The position numbers and the translations under genes are program-made. The notes beneath the pieces were generated by a model. That model was not told the origin of the DNA, did not search any database, and saw nothing but the letters and a program-made list of their open reading frames with translations. A DNA stretch of 45,692 bases from a virus. The stretch is from IMG/VR virus record IMGVR_UViG_3300045988_039593; one strand, given 5' to 3'. This document shows positions 1-8,633 of this stretch, one piece after another (the stretch's first letter is position 1; every line of letters starts with the position of its first letter).

Positions 1-55
1 ATATTTTTACAAAAATAGCACGAAAACAGTTATTTTTCCGAAAAATCGCGTTTAA
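1..55. repeat. 55-bp terminal overlap identical to 45638..45692 (circular-assembly signature)
   Basis: nt 1-55 (atatttttacaaaaatagcacgaaaacagttatttttccgaaaaatcgcgtttaa) recur exactly as the last 55 nt of the window. Confidence 0.97.
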
Positions 56-75
56 CGGCCTTTTGGCGTTTGGAT

Positions 76-108
76 GGGGGATTTATCCACCCAACACGTT
101 TAACGCCC
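76..108 (+). promoter_or_regulatory. Intergenic motif copy: GGGGGATTTATCCA (76-89) plus TTTAACGCCC (99-108)
   Basis: The 14-mer is identical to 42689..42702. The TTTAACGsCC half recurs at 12285-12294(-), 14560-14569(+) and 21734-21743(-). Confidence 0.5.
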
Positions 109-129
109 AAATAGGGGCATTTCTCGCGG

Positions 130-178
130 TTTTCACAAATAAACGGGGCGCATCTTCTCGACGAACCCCGTTTTTTGT
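130..178 (-). terminator. Bidirectional intrinsic terminator after the last late gene
   Basis: Stem AACGGGG (142-148) / CCCCGTT (166-172). A T6 run follows on the + strand and TTTATTTGTG follows on the - strand. It lies 27 nt downstream of the HNH gene stop. Confidence 0.6.
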
Positions 179-204
179 TCTTAAATAATGATAAAGTTTA
201 ACTA

Positions 205-681
205 TTAAGTACAATATCGAAATACATAACCATTAACATTATTTCGCCGTTCCCTACATACCGAAACAATGTTTTGCCGTATAAGATTTAATTTTTCGGC
301 CGCATCCTTTGCCGAATCATAAAGTTTTCCCGTATTAACGCATATAACAGGGCGTTTTCTTTTATCGTGGCGTATTGCCGAACCGTCGCCATAATTCATA
401 TTATATTTTGCCGTACACCATTCCAAATTTTCAGCCCGGTTGTCCGTCTTGATTTCGTTTTTATGGTTGATTTGGGGCAAACCGTCCGGATTCGGAATAA
501 AGGCCGTGGCAACTAATCTATGCACAGAATATGTTTGCGGTTTTCCATCCCGGCACAAATCAATCGCCAAATATTTATTTCGTTGTCGCGGAATAAGAAT
601 TTTTTTATTGCGTTTCACGCGTCCCAAATTACTTATTTGATACAATCCGGCATACCCGGCAATATCTTTCCATTCTTCCAT
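205..681 (-). CDS. HNH homing endonuclease (NUMOD4-like N-terminus, HNH_3-type core, C-terminal HTH-like region)
   Basis: ORF 205..738 trimmed to the ATG at 681 (MEEWKDI). Motifs: WKDI.GY.GLYQISNLGRV and HRLVATAFIPNP..LPQINHKN..KTDNRAENLEW. Paralogous to 31615..32121. Confidence 0.85.
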   Translation of the reverse strand: MEEWKDIAGYAGLYQISNLGRVKRNKKILIPRQRNKYLAIDLCRDGKPQTYSVHRLVATAFIPNPDGLPQINHKNEIKTDNRAENLEWCTAKYNMNYGDGSAIRHDKRKRPVICVNTGKLYDSAKDAAEKLNLIRQNIVSVCRERRNNVNGYVFRYCT

Positions 682-795
682 AATACAAAAATAATCCCCG
701 GCAACGACTACCACACACGTTACCGGGGATTTCGTCAAACTCGCGTTTAACTTATATGTCCGTGTTGGTGGTAGTCAACAGGCACAAAGATACAA

Positions 796-1401
796 TTATT
801 TTTCAATAACGATATGTTCGCAATTGACAATCTTTGTATGCGGGCATTTACTCAATACGTCTAATTGGCGATTCCGTATCTTTTTAGTTTTCCACAGGAA
901 ACCCAAAAAACGTTTATATTGCACCGATTCCACCAACATTAAAGAATCACGAACGGTCAATGTTCCGGTAAATTCTTGATCGTCCAAAATCCCGTCGAAA
1001 TCATACCACACATCGCCGGTATGTACGGCAACGGCCGAAATTGCCACGGAATCTCGTATTATAACGGTGTCACGAGGTACGGCGGACAATTTCATCATTG
1101 TTTGGCTTTGCGCCGTCGTAACGGCCGTTAAATCGCGGTTTTTGGTTCGCAACGTCTTTATCAATTGAGCATCCGCCGCCCGGAACCTTTTGTATTCCTG
1201 TATGGTCAATTCCAACGTACCAACCTTTGCCGCATTCAGCGAATCTCGAACCCTGTATGTGTTGACATCCACAAGCAACGTCCGCGTATTCTCTTTGTAC
1301 CTATTCCGTTCACTTTTAATCCTACTAACGGACACCCATTGTAATACTATTACAACGAGTAAGGCGGCCATAATAGCGGCCACAATCAAACGCCTACGCA
1401 T
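796..1401 (-). CDS. N-terminally membrane-anchored protein (possible lysis accessory / spanin-like)
   Basis: 201 aa. MRRR is followed by the hydrophobic helix LIVAAIMAALLVVIVL and then a soluble domain. The gene lies in the lysis cluster downstream of the amidase. Confidence 0.45.
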   Translation of the reverse strand: MRRRLIVAAIMAALLVVIVLQWVSVSRIKSERNRYKENTRTLLVDVNTYRVRDSLNAAKVGTLELTIQEYKRFRAADAQLIKTLRTKNRDLTAVTTAQSQTMMKLSAVPRDTVIIRDSVAISAVAVHTGDVWYDFDGILDDQEFTGTLTVRDSLMLVESVQYKRFLGFLWKTKKIRNRQLDVLSKCPHTKIVNCEHIVIEK

Positions 1402-1780
1402 TTGGCGTGTATGTTAGTTCTGACTGCCCCACCTCGCGGCTCAATTTCAAAGTGTATTTGCCGCCCATAATCTCCACAAACGAATGCACCTCATTTTCGG
1501 TGTACTCGATTTGTACAAAGTGAAGTACAACGCCTTTTATATGCACTCGCGCAACGTTGTGAATCGGGTCTGCATTAACCGCGTCGATAAACTCATCAAT
1601 CGCAACTTGTTCGTTTACCACCAAACGCCCGTTTACCTCGGTATCTTCAACCTCGACATCGAAAATGTCCTCATTTTCTTCAATCATATTGCGAAGCAAC
1701 GGAACAATAGATAATCCGGATTGTGTGCCTTGACTTTCCACCCACCTTGTGAGGTGGTCTAATTTTTCATACTTAGTCAT
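1394..1780 (-). CDS. hypothetical protein (acidic, 128 aa)
   Basis: ATG-started ORF overlapping the next gene by 8 nt. No motif recognised. Confidence 0.6.
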   Translation of the reverse strand: MTKYEKLDHLTRWVESQGTQSGLSIVPLLRNMIEENEDIFDVEVEDTEVNGRLVVNEQVAIDEFIDAVNADPIHNVARVHIKGVVLHFVQIEYTENEVHSFVEIMGGKYTLKLSREVGQSELTYTPNA

Positions 1781-1837
1781 AATTTTTAATAGTTATAAAT
1801 AATTTGTTTTCGTTGTTCGCCCCAATAGGACATATAA

Positions 1838-2413
1838 TTACAGGGTTTTAAAAAATTCAACATACGAATCCGCCAATTTGGCGCGGAAATCCTCGGACAT
1901 CAACAACCGGCAATCGCTTTCGGTATCCATAAACAGGTTTTCAACCAATATCGCCGGGGCTTTCGTGTGTTTGAGGATATAAAACCCGGCTTCCTTATCG
2001 GGGTCGCCGTCTGCCATATCCTTACGCATTTTGATTTTGGGGAAATCCTGTTGCAATCGTTCAATCAACTTTGTTGCTATCGTGTCGGCCTGTGTTTGTC
2101 CGGGCGACGTGTACACCTCAAAGCCGGTTCCGCCGCCGGCGTTGGCATGAATGCTTACAACAACGCAATTGCCGTTACATCGGTCATACCACAAGTTGGC
2201 ACGCTTGCAACGTTCTTCCAACGATACGTCGAACGTTTCCGGTACAAGTTTAACTGCACGTATTCCGGCGTGGGAACATTTCAATATGATACGGCGCACC
2301 ATATCTCGGTTAAATTCCCATTCAAACAATTGCCGGCCGTCTTTCCATACCGGCGAACGTTTGCCGGGCGTTTCTTGGCCGTGTCCATTGTCAAATAATA
2401 TGATATTATCCAT
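1838..2413 (-). CDS. N-acetylmuramoyl-L-alanine amidase endolysin (Amidase_3-like)
   Basis: Motifs FDNGHGQETPGK, VSIHANAGGGTGFEVY and ILVENLFMD. Located directly downstream of the holin. Confidence 0.9.
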   Translation of the reverse strand: MDNIILFDNGHGQETPGKRSPVWKDGRQLFEWEFNRDMVRRIILKCSHAGIRAVKLVPETFDVSLEERCKRANLWYDRCNGNCVVVSIHANAGGGTGFEVYTSPGQTQADTIATKLIERLQQDFPKIKMRKDMADGDPDKEAGFYILKHTKAPAILVENLFMDTESDCRLLMSEDFRAKLADSYVEFFKTL

Positions 2414-2430
2414 TTTCGTAAAGGGTTAAA

Positions 2431-2450
2431 GGGGCGGCCAAAACCGCCCC
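2431..2450 (-). other. GC-clamp hairpin in the holin-amidase spacer (possible attenuator)
   Basis: GGGGCGG-ccaaaa-CCGCCCC, followed on the - strand by TTTAACCCTTTACG. The same stem occurs at 42261..42278. Confidence 0.35.
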
Positions 2451-2456
2451 GGTTAA

Positions 2457-2909
2457 TTACTCATTCTTTGGTTCGGCATCTTCAATTGATTCTTCAATTT
2501 CCGGAACCTTGAACAAACGGGCAAAGAACTTCCACACGTTGAATTTCTTTTTGATTCCTTTATAGTCAAAATAATTGTCAAGGATAGACGTCAATTCAAT
2601 GCTACAAACAATCAACATTATTATTGCGGCCAAAAGGGGAATGCCGAACAAACGCCCGAACGAACCACCCATTACCCACGCAATTGAAACCCAACAAATG
2701 TAATCCACCATTTTATTAATCGTACGACGGATAGCACGAGAACCACGGATTTTTTCGCCACGCTTACGGGCGGCACAAATGCCAAACCGCAAGTCGCCCA
2801 AAATAAGGACAAACGCGACGATTAACCACACGAATAAGTTTTGCCAACCGTCCACAAAGGGGGACAACACGGTTGCGGTTACCCCCGTTAATACGTTACG
2901 TTCATTCAT
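2457..2909 (-). CDS. holin (phage_holin_4-like, multi-TM)
   Basis: 150 aa with several hydrophobic helices (FVWLIVAFVLILG, ICWVSIAWVMGG, LLAAIIMLIVCSI) and a charged C-terminus. Immediately upstream of the amidase. Confidence 0.8.
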   Translation of the reverse strand: MNERNVLTGVTATVLSPFVDGWQNLFVWLIVAFVLILGDLRFGICAARKRGEKIRGSRAIRRTINKMVDYICWVSIAWVMGGSFGRLFGIPLLAAIIMLIVCSIELTSILDNYFDYKGIKKKFNVWKFFARLFKVPEIEESIEDAEPKNE

Positions 2910-2910
2910 T

Positions 2911-4947
2911 TTATATTGTGTGATTACTCAATATAAATCCGGCAATTCGTTTTGCCAACATTGTTACGCCCTCAAATTTGCGCGGGTGCGTTCCGTCGGC
3001 ATCTTGAAAATAATTGGTCATATTGTATAAATTCCATCCCAAAGAATTATACATATCACACACGGGTATATGATTTAATACCAATTCAGCCACGACGGAC
3101 GCCGCAAATTCTTTCAACGTTAAATTGTCGGTTCCCGTTTCGTTATCGCCCCATAACGTCGGGTCAATTGTTTGCGACAAATTGCCGGTGTATCTAACAA
3201 TAGGCGTGAACCAATAAATTTTAACATTGGGATATGTTGTCAATATGCTTTCCACAATTGTATTGATTGCGCCCAACGTATAATTTACGTCCTTGCTTCC
3301 GCTTGTTCCCATTCGGCTACCCGAACCGAACCAATCGTTTGTACCGGCAAAAACCGTTACCGCATCAATTTTTGTCCAATCAATGTTTTTCAAACGTTCC
3401 ACAATTGCCGTATTATCGTCGCTTGCGTAATCTTTCAAGTATTCGGCCGCGTTTTCCTGTTTGGTAAAACTTTGTTCGCACGCGGATTTGACCATATTAA
3501 CAACGTCCAATGCCGCATACGCTTGATTATTGTTTGCGGGATTATCAACCGGCGTTGTTCGTTGTCGTAATTGAGTACCACCGATACCAACATTTATTAC
3601 GTTTGCACCCGTAAATGATGCAAGATAATCGGAATAATGTAAACCGTATGTCGTATCCAACATTTCGGTTAAACTATCGCCAAAACAAACAATGTTTTTA
3701 CCGTACAAAGAATTGAACGATAACGAATTACCAATATCATTCAATTTAACAGGCGGAATTGAAAAACGATTTATTTGCGAAAGATTTATTTGAATCTTTG
3801 GCGAATATCGTACACTTGCCTCGAATATATCCCAATCAATTTCCATATAAATATATGGACGCGAACCCGTTAACCCTAATTGATTAACCAACGCCGTTGA
3901 CATCATCGCCCCGATTACCTCAATACCTGTTCGCGGTTGCGTTTGGCTTGTAAGATACCACGTAAACGATTGGTCGTCGGACGTATTAACGTGTGAAATT
4001 CCAATATAAGGCGCATACGCCGCCGGGATATTGTTAATTGTATAAATGTAAAATAACGGCGATTCCAAATTTTCCAACATCTTTTCAATGTTTCCGGCCG
4101 TTTGGCACCCAATCCAAACACGCCTTATCGCATTTCTTACGTTATCCGGAACGTCCGTTGGAAATGTTAAACCCTTATTACCATTGCCAATAACAATGTT
4201 ATTATCAATTTCCGCTGTTAAGGTTTCATTTTGACCGAATATGCGGGCAACATCAACTCCAGCCCTATTGTTAAACATACTCAAATTAAACGGCACATAT
4301 TCAACACCATTATATTTGTATCTATCCAATCCAACCACGGGACAATTTGTACCCGGATAAATTGCACAAATAATGCTTTCGTCTTTTTGAACTTGCGAAA
4401 GGTCTTTAATTGAAAATTCGTTGGTAAAATTGTTTATAACAACATAATAACCATATTTTCCGCTTGACCTTAATATTACACCATCAACAGGTATTGAATA
4501 TCCACCCTCTTTTGTTACAACCAAAACAGCCGGGAAATTAATTGAAAGTCCATCCGTTGCCGTGTTGGATACCGTGGTTATTGTAATAAAGGACAAAGGA
4601 TCTTCATTATAATGCATAATACGCGCAAAATTGATTTTTGCACCTGTGTAAACCGAATATTTCGTCCAACTATTACTATAAACCAAAACGGCAATTTCGT
4701 AATTATCTAATGATATTGAACCAAAATATGAATAATCCCCGGCGGTCGCTGCAATATAAAATGCCCTTGGGTCAATTATTCTCGGATTGGTCGTTGGCGT
4801 GGCAACCCCCATAAATTGATACCCGGAACCCAATGAATTTATCATTGCCAACAAAGTTTGTTGAAGCAATGCACCCGTAATTTCATTGTTGCCATTTGTC
4901 TTGACAACGTTTTGAATTGCGGTTTTTAATATTTCATAATTTGCCAT
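2911..4947 (-). CDS. tail fibre / receptor-binding protein with C-terminal SGNH (GDSL) esterase domain
   Basis: 678 aa. The C-terminal ~260 aa carry the SGNH blocks FGDSLTE (nt 3673-3684), GIGGT, GTNDW and DGTHP. It is the last large gene of the tail module. Confidence 0.8.
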   Translation of the reverse strand: MANYEILKTAIQNVVKTNGNNEITGALLQQTLLAMINSLGSGYQFMGVATPTTNPRIIDPRAFYIAATAGDYSYFGSISLDNYEIAVLVYSNSWTKYSVYTGAKINFARIMHYNEDPLSFITITTVSNTATDGLSINFPAVLVVTKEGGYSIPVDGVILRSSGKYGYYVVINNFTNEFSIKDLSQVQKDESIICAIYPGTNCPVVGLDRYKYNGVEYVPFNLSMFNNRAGVDVARIFGQNETLTAEIDNNIVIGNGNKGLTFPTDVPDNVRNAIRRVWIGCQTAGNIEKMLENLESPLFYIYTINNIPAAYAPYIGISHVNTSDDQSFTWYLTSQTQPRTGIEVIGAMMSTALVNQLGLTGSRPYIYMEIDWDIFEASVRYSPKIQINLSQINRFSIPPVKLNDIGNSLSFNSLYGKNIVCFGDSLTEMLDTTYGLHYSDYLASFTGANVINVGIGGTQLRQRTTPVDNPANNNQAYAALDVVNMVKSACEQSFTKQENAAEYLKDYASDDNTAIVERLKNIDWTKIDAVTVFAGTNDWFGSGSRMGTSGSKDVNYTLGAINTIVESILTTYPNVKIYWFTPIVRYTGNLSQTIDPTLWGDNETGTDNLTLKEFAASVVAELVLNHIPVCDMYNSLGWNLYNMTNYFQDADGTHPRKFEGVTMLAKRIAGFILSNHTI

Positions 4948-4959
4948 AATTCTTAACTT

Positions 4960-6162
4960 TTATTTGTTGAAATCGTTATTAAAGTCATTGTTGAAATCGC
5001 CGGTTGGTTGAACATAACCACGGCCGATTTTCTTTGCAACGGTTGCCGTATCAAATTCGGCTTCCACGGCGGCCACGTCGCCATTATCTTCCCAATCGGG
5101 CGTAATTAAGAACGTGTCAAGATTGTAAATTTGGCCGTTCTTTTCAATGTGCGCATAATCGGCCATCCGAATAAACCGCATTACGTCCAACAGGTATTCG
5201 GACGCAAGAAACTTAAAATGGTATCGTTTTTCGCTTATTTGCTTAACGGGAAAAAAATACCCGTCGCGGGTTTCGCCCTCTTCCTCAAATGGATATTCGG
5301 GTTTGGCAATATCCGCACACAGGTACAACACGTTTTTGAACGAGGGATTTTTATACACAATTGTTCCGGCATCCATAACGAAATTTTCAATATCCCACCA
5401 TTCCAATTTCAAATACGGTTGAATGTCGTTTACAACCGTGAACATTTCGGAATACCACGTTTCCGTTTCGTCGCTCAATACGGCATAGTATTGGCCGTTA
5501 TTCATTTGGGCCAATACCGGAAATTGGCCGGGGAATACGATAACGTCATATCCCAAATTGGCGAATGGCACAACGGAAAATCCCATTTGTCCGGGCGTCA
5601 ATGTATGAACCAACGCGCCATCCTTTGTGTATATCTTGAATTGTTCAACAGGTGCAACAACGGCCGTTGCATCATAGGCGTTTCCATTCGGGGAAAATTG
5701 CGCGTTGTAAGTTTGCACCCATAAACTCGTTGTCCCTGTTGGCAATTGCCATCCGCCGGTGTATCGCAATGTAAATCCCGGATTCGGGTTGAAGATTCCC
5801 AAAACGTCGCCGTTGTCGTTTTTTGCCACGGCAACAACGCCCATTGGATATGTGGGCGGAACGTTGAAATACACGTATGTTTTTCCGGTAACGTCGTATG
5901 ATGAAACGCCGTAATCGCGGCCAACATTTTGCGACCATTCGCCCGTTTGCGTTAAATATCCGTCGTCGTAATCGTCGGCGGTTATTTGATTCCCACGGGT
6001 AAATTTCAACCTGTGTTCGCGCATTATTTGGAATGGCAACAGGAACCCCGCTGGAGTAAATAACGGGTAAATCCTGTTGTATATCCACCATTTGCGGGCA
6101 TTTTGTTGCTCTATGGACGTGTAAAAAGGTAACACGCTTAAATTATTATTTGGTACCATCAT
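4960..6162 (-). CDS. tail/baseplate protein (function unassigned)
   Basis: 400 aa. Its start overlaps the upstream stop (ATGA). The C-terminus is GDFNNDFNNDFNK. Confidence 0.5.
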   Translation of the reverse strand: MMVPNNNLSVLPFYTSIEQQNARKWWIYNRIYPLFTPAGFLLPFQIMREHRLKFTRGNQITADDYDDGYLTQTGEWSQNVGRDYGVSSYDVTGKTYVYFNVPPTYPMGVVAVAKNDNGDVLGIFNPNPGFTLRYTGGWQLPTGTTSLWVQTYNAQFSPNGNAYDATAVVAPVEQFKIYTKDGALVHTLTPGQMGFSVVPFANLGYDVIVFPGQFPVLAQMNNGQYYAVLSDETETWYSEMFTVVNDIQPYLKLEWWDIENFVMDAGTIVYKNPSFKNVLYLCADIAKPEYPFEEEGETRDGYFFPVKQISEKRYHFKFLASEYLLDVMRFIRMADYAHIEKNGQIYNLDTFLITPDWEDNGDVAAVEAEFDTATVAKKIGRGYVQPTGDFNNDFNNDFNK

Positions 6163-8633
6163 TCGTTGTAATTATGGGTATCATACATTAAAGTAACGTT
6201 TGCGTTCCGGCTTGACAAATTTACGCTTATTTTTTCAACTTGCCCCATTCCCAAAAATGTTTTTATCAATTGTGTCGGGTTCGGATCGCCAACAACAGGC
6301 ATACGCAATGTTTGTTTCTTTTCGCGTGTTATGCCATACGCCACGCCCTGTTCGTCGTTAATGCGTATTTGATATGCCGGCAAATCGTATATGTAATATT
6401 TCGGTTGCAAGTCGATGAAAGCCAAAAGGCCATTTTGATTAATATATGTTGTGCCATCAATGGTTCGTTCGATAAATGGCAATTCCTTTGAACCTTGAAT
6501 TGATACCATTTTGATTTCGGCGGAACCCAAACGGGTAATTTGTCGGAATCCAATTTGGGTTGCATTTGTCGGAATTATGGCCGAATATACCATTGTTTTC
6601 AAACTTTCTGAATCAAATACGCCAATTGACGTAATCATATTGCCGGATGCGTTCAAAAATGCGATTTCACAAGCACCGCCATCGCCGCGTGATTCAAATT
6701 TAATGGTTATACCCTCGCCAACCTGTGTGTTTGTCAACGTATATTTCAAATTGTATTTCGTGCCAATTTCTACCGTGCTAAATGACGAATCCGGCGTTAC
6801 CAATTGACGCGGAACGGCGGCCATCAATGCAAAACCATCTTTTGAACACGCACCCGGATTCAATAACATATAATCAATATCCGTTGTAAAATTGGAAACG
6901 TTGATTTCCTCAATATTGCCCGGTGTTACGTACTTACTCAATATTTCAATTGGATATCCCTCAAACGCGCGTGTTACGTCGTCCATCCATCCGAATTGGT
7001 AACGTTCCGGCATTGTTGGTTTGTTGTACTCATATTGCGACGTTCCAAAGGCCCACGCCTTGCCATTCCGGGTTACCTTTTCAACGGTCAAATTGTGAGA
7101 AATTGCCGGCGTTCCCGTATAACGTCCGCCATTTTTGAACCATTGTATGTGTTCAATCTTAAATTTGCCATCCTCAACATACCAATACGCCCGGTAACAA
7201 TCCCGCAACATATCGGTAACCATTTTCAACGTTATTGGGGCTTTTTGGGCGGGTTGCGAATAATCGCCGGCCAATATGTTAGATTTTTGGGTAATATACA
7301 GGTTGAACACGTCCCCGGAAATCGGGTTGTTTTGATCATACAGGAATTGCGAATATTCGGTTGTTGGTTCGTGTGTAATTCCCGGCGCAATCTTTCCCAA
7401 TAAAACGGATATTACCGAATGTAACGGATACGCATCTTTCAACTTGTATTCCTTGCGGCCGCTTTTTTCCAATATGTCGTCCAATTCACTAAACGCAAAC
7501 CAAATTGAGAAATCGCCCCAATGCGAACGACCAATTGGGTAAAATTGCGTACCATAAATCGAATATGGTTGTTGCCAATATACACCCGGTTGTTTAATTC
7601 CCCATTCGGTCGGCGTTGTGGTCGTATTTGTCGAATAATACACGACGTCTCGAACGCCATAACCAATTGCACGGCGATAATTGCGGTTGTTCTCGACAAT
7701 ATCATTTGCGGGTATTGGGTATGTATTCTTTCCGGCGATTGTATCAACGTCCAAAAGATAACGGGCGTAAACCATAATGGTAATCAAAACGACGGATGCC
7801 ACGGGTTGCATTTCTTCATCGCCATAACGATACATTGAAAATGAACCCGTTGCCGCGCTTTGGTAATTCCTATTGGCAAACAAACGCACGTTATCGGCCT
7901 TTCGTGTTAAATACGTATAAACGAATGTTTCGGGTGCGCTTTCGCTTTCGCCCCCCTCTTCCTTTGTTTCGTATGTCCATTCATACAGGCCGTCGGGGCT
8001 TTCCCCATTTTGCCATAAACCATCGGCAACGCCTGTTCCGGAAACCTGTTGGCCGCCTGTGCGCAAACTATTCAACGCGAAATGATAAGTATTGACTAAA
8101 TCATTTTCATTGGTTACCGTGTCGCAATCCTGTTCCCAATACATACCGGAAAGGAAACACGAAACAACGGATTCTCCCACAACGTACATTTGAATCAACG
8201 GGCGTTTCGTAATGGTCAATTGTTCAATCGCGGGTTTTAGATCAATCAAATTGTATTCCTTTTCCATACCGGCCAAAACGTTGGTATAATCATCAATAGG
8301 TGCCGGCGTAACCTCGGCCGTTTGCGCGTCGGCGTCAAACTTACAATCGGTTTTCCAAAATTCGCCGCGCCAATATTCCGCCCACGTTTGGCCATTGTTC
8401 CAACTTATAGAAAGAACCAACGTAAACTTTGTTTCAAATCGGGCATTGGCGATAATGGCATAATCCGCCCGGCTGAAAAGTAATTTACCGGACAATTTTG
8501 CGCGGTAAAACTTTTCGTTTTGTTCTAATTCATAATCTTTGGCCAAATCCGCCTTACGTAACGGATACACGGCATAATTGTTGGTTACGCCGTTGTATTC
8601 CGTGGCCAATTCAAATTTATAAATTGGGTTCAT
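6159..8633 (-). CDS. tail tip / baseplate hub protein (Dit/Tal position)
   Basis: 824 aa. Its start overlaps the tape-measure stop (TAATG). The assignment is by position only. Confidence 0.55.
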   Translation of the reverse strand: MNPIYKFELATEYNGVTNNYAVYPLRKADLAKDYELEQNEKFYRAKLSGKLLFSRADYAIIANARFETKFTLVLSISWNNGQTWAEYWRGEFWKTDCKFDADAQTAEVTPAPIDDYTNVLAGMEKEYNLIDLKPAIEQLTITKRPLIQMYVVGESVVSCFLSGMYWEQDCDTVTNENDLVNTYHFALNSLRTGGQQVSGTGVADGLWQNGESPDGLYEWTYETKEEGGESESAPETFVYTYLTRKADNVRLFANRNYQSAATGSFSMYRYGDEEMQPVASVVLITIMVYARYLLDVDTIAGKNTYPIPANDIVENNRNYRRAIGYGVRDVVYYSTNTTTTPTEWGIKQPGVYWQQPYSIYGTQFYPIGRSHWGDFSIWFAFSELDDILEKSGRKEYKLKDAYPLHSVISVLLGKIAPGITHEPTTEYSQFLYDQNNPISGDVFNLYITQKSNILAGDYSQPAQKAPITLKMVTDMLRDCYRAYWYVEDGKFKIEHIQWFKNGGRYTGTPAISHNLTVEKVTRNGKAWAFGTSQYEYNKPTMPERYQFGWMDDVTRAFEGYPIEILSKYVTPGNIEEINVSNFTTDIDYMLLNPGACSKDGFALMAAVPRQLVTPDSSFSTVEIGTKYNLKYTLTNTQVGEGITIKFESRGDGGACEIAFLNASGNMITSIGVFDSESLKTMVYSAIIPTNATQIGFRQITRLGSAEIKMVSIQGSKELPFIERTIDGTTYINQNGLLAFIDLQPKYYIYDLPAYQIRINDEQGVAYGITREKKQTLRMPVVGDPNPTQLIKTFLGMGQVEKISVNLSSRNANVTLMYDTHNYNE

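Noticed and set aside
95-178. A possible + strand small RNA, made of the + strand motif TTTAACGCCCAAATA followed by the + strand terminator at 142-178.
   Set aside because: No TTTG/TAnnTTTG promoter could be found on the + strand upstream. The terminator is bidirectional and is adequately explained as the end of the late - strand operon.
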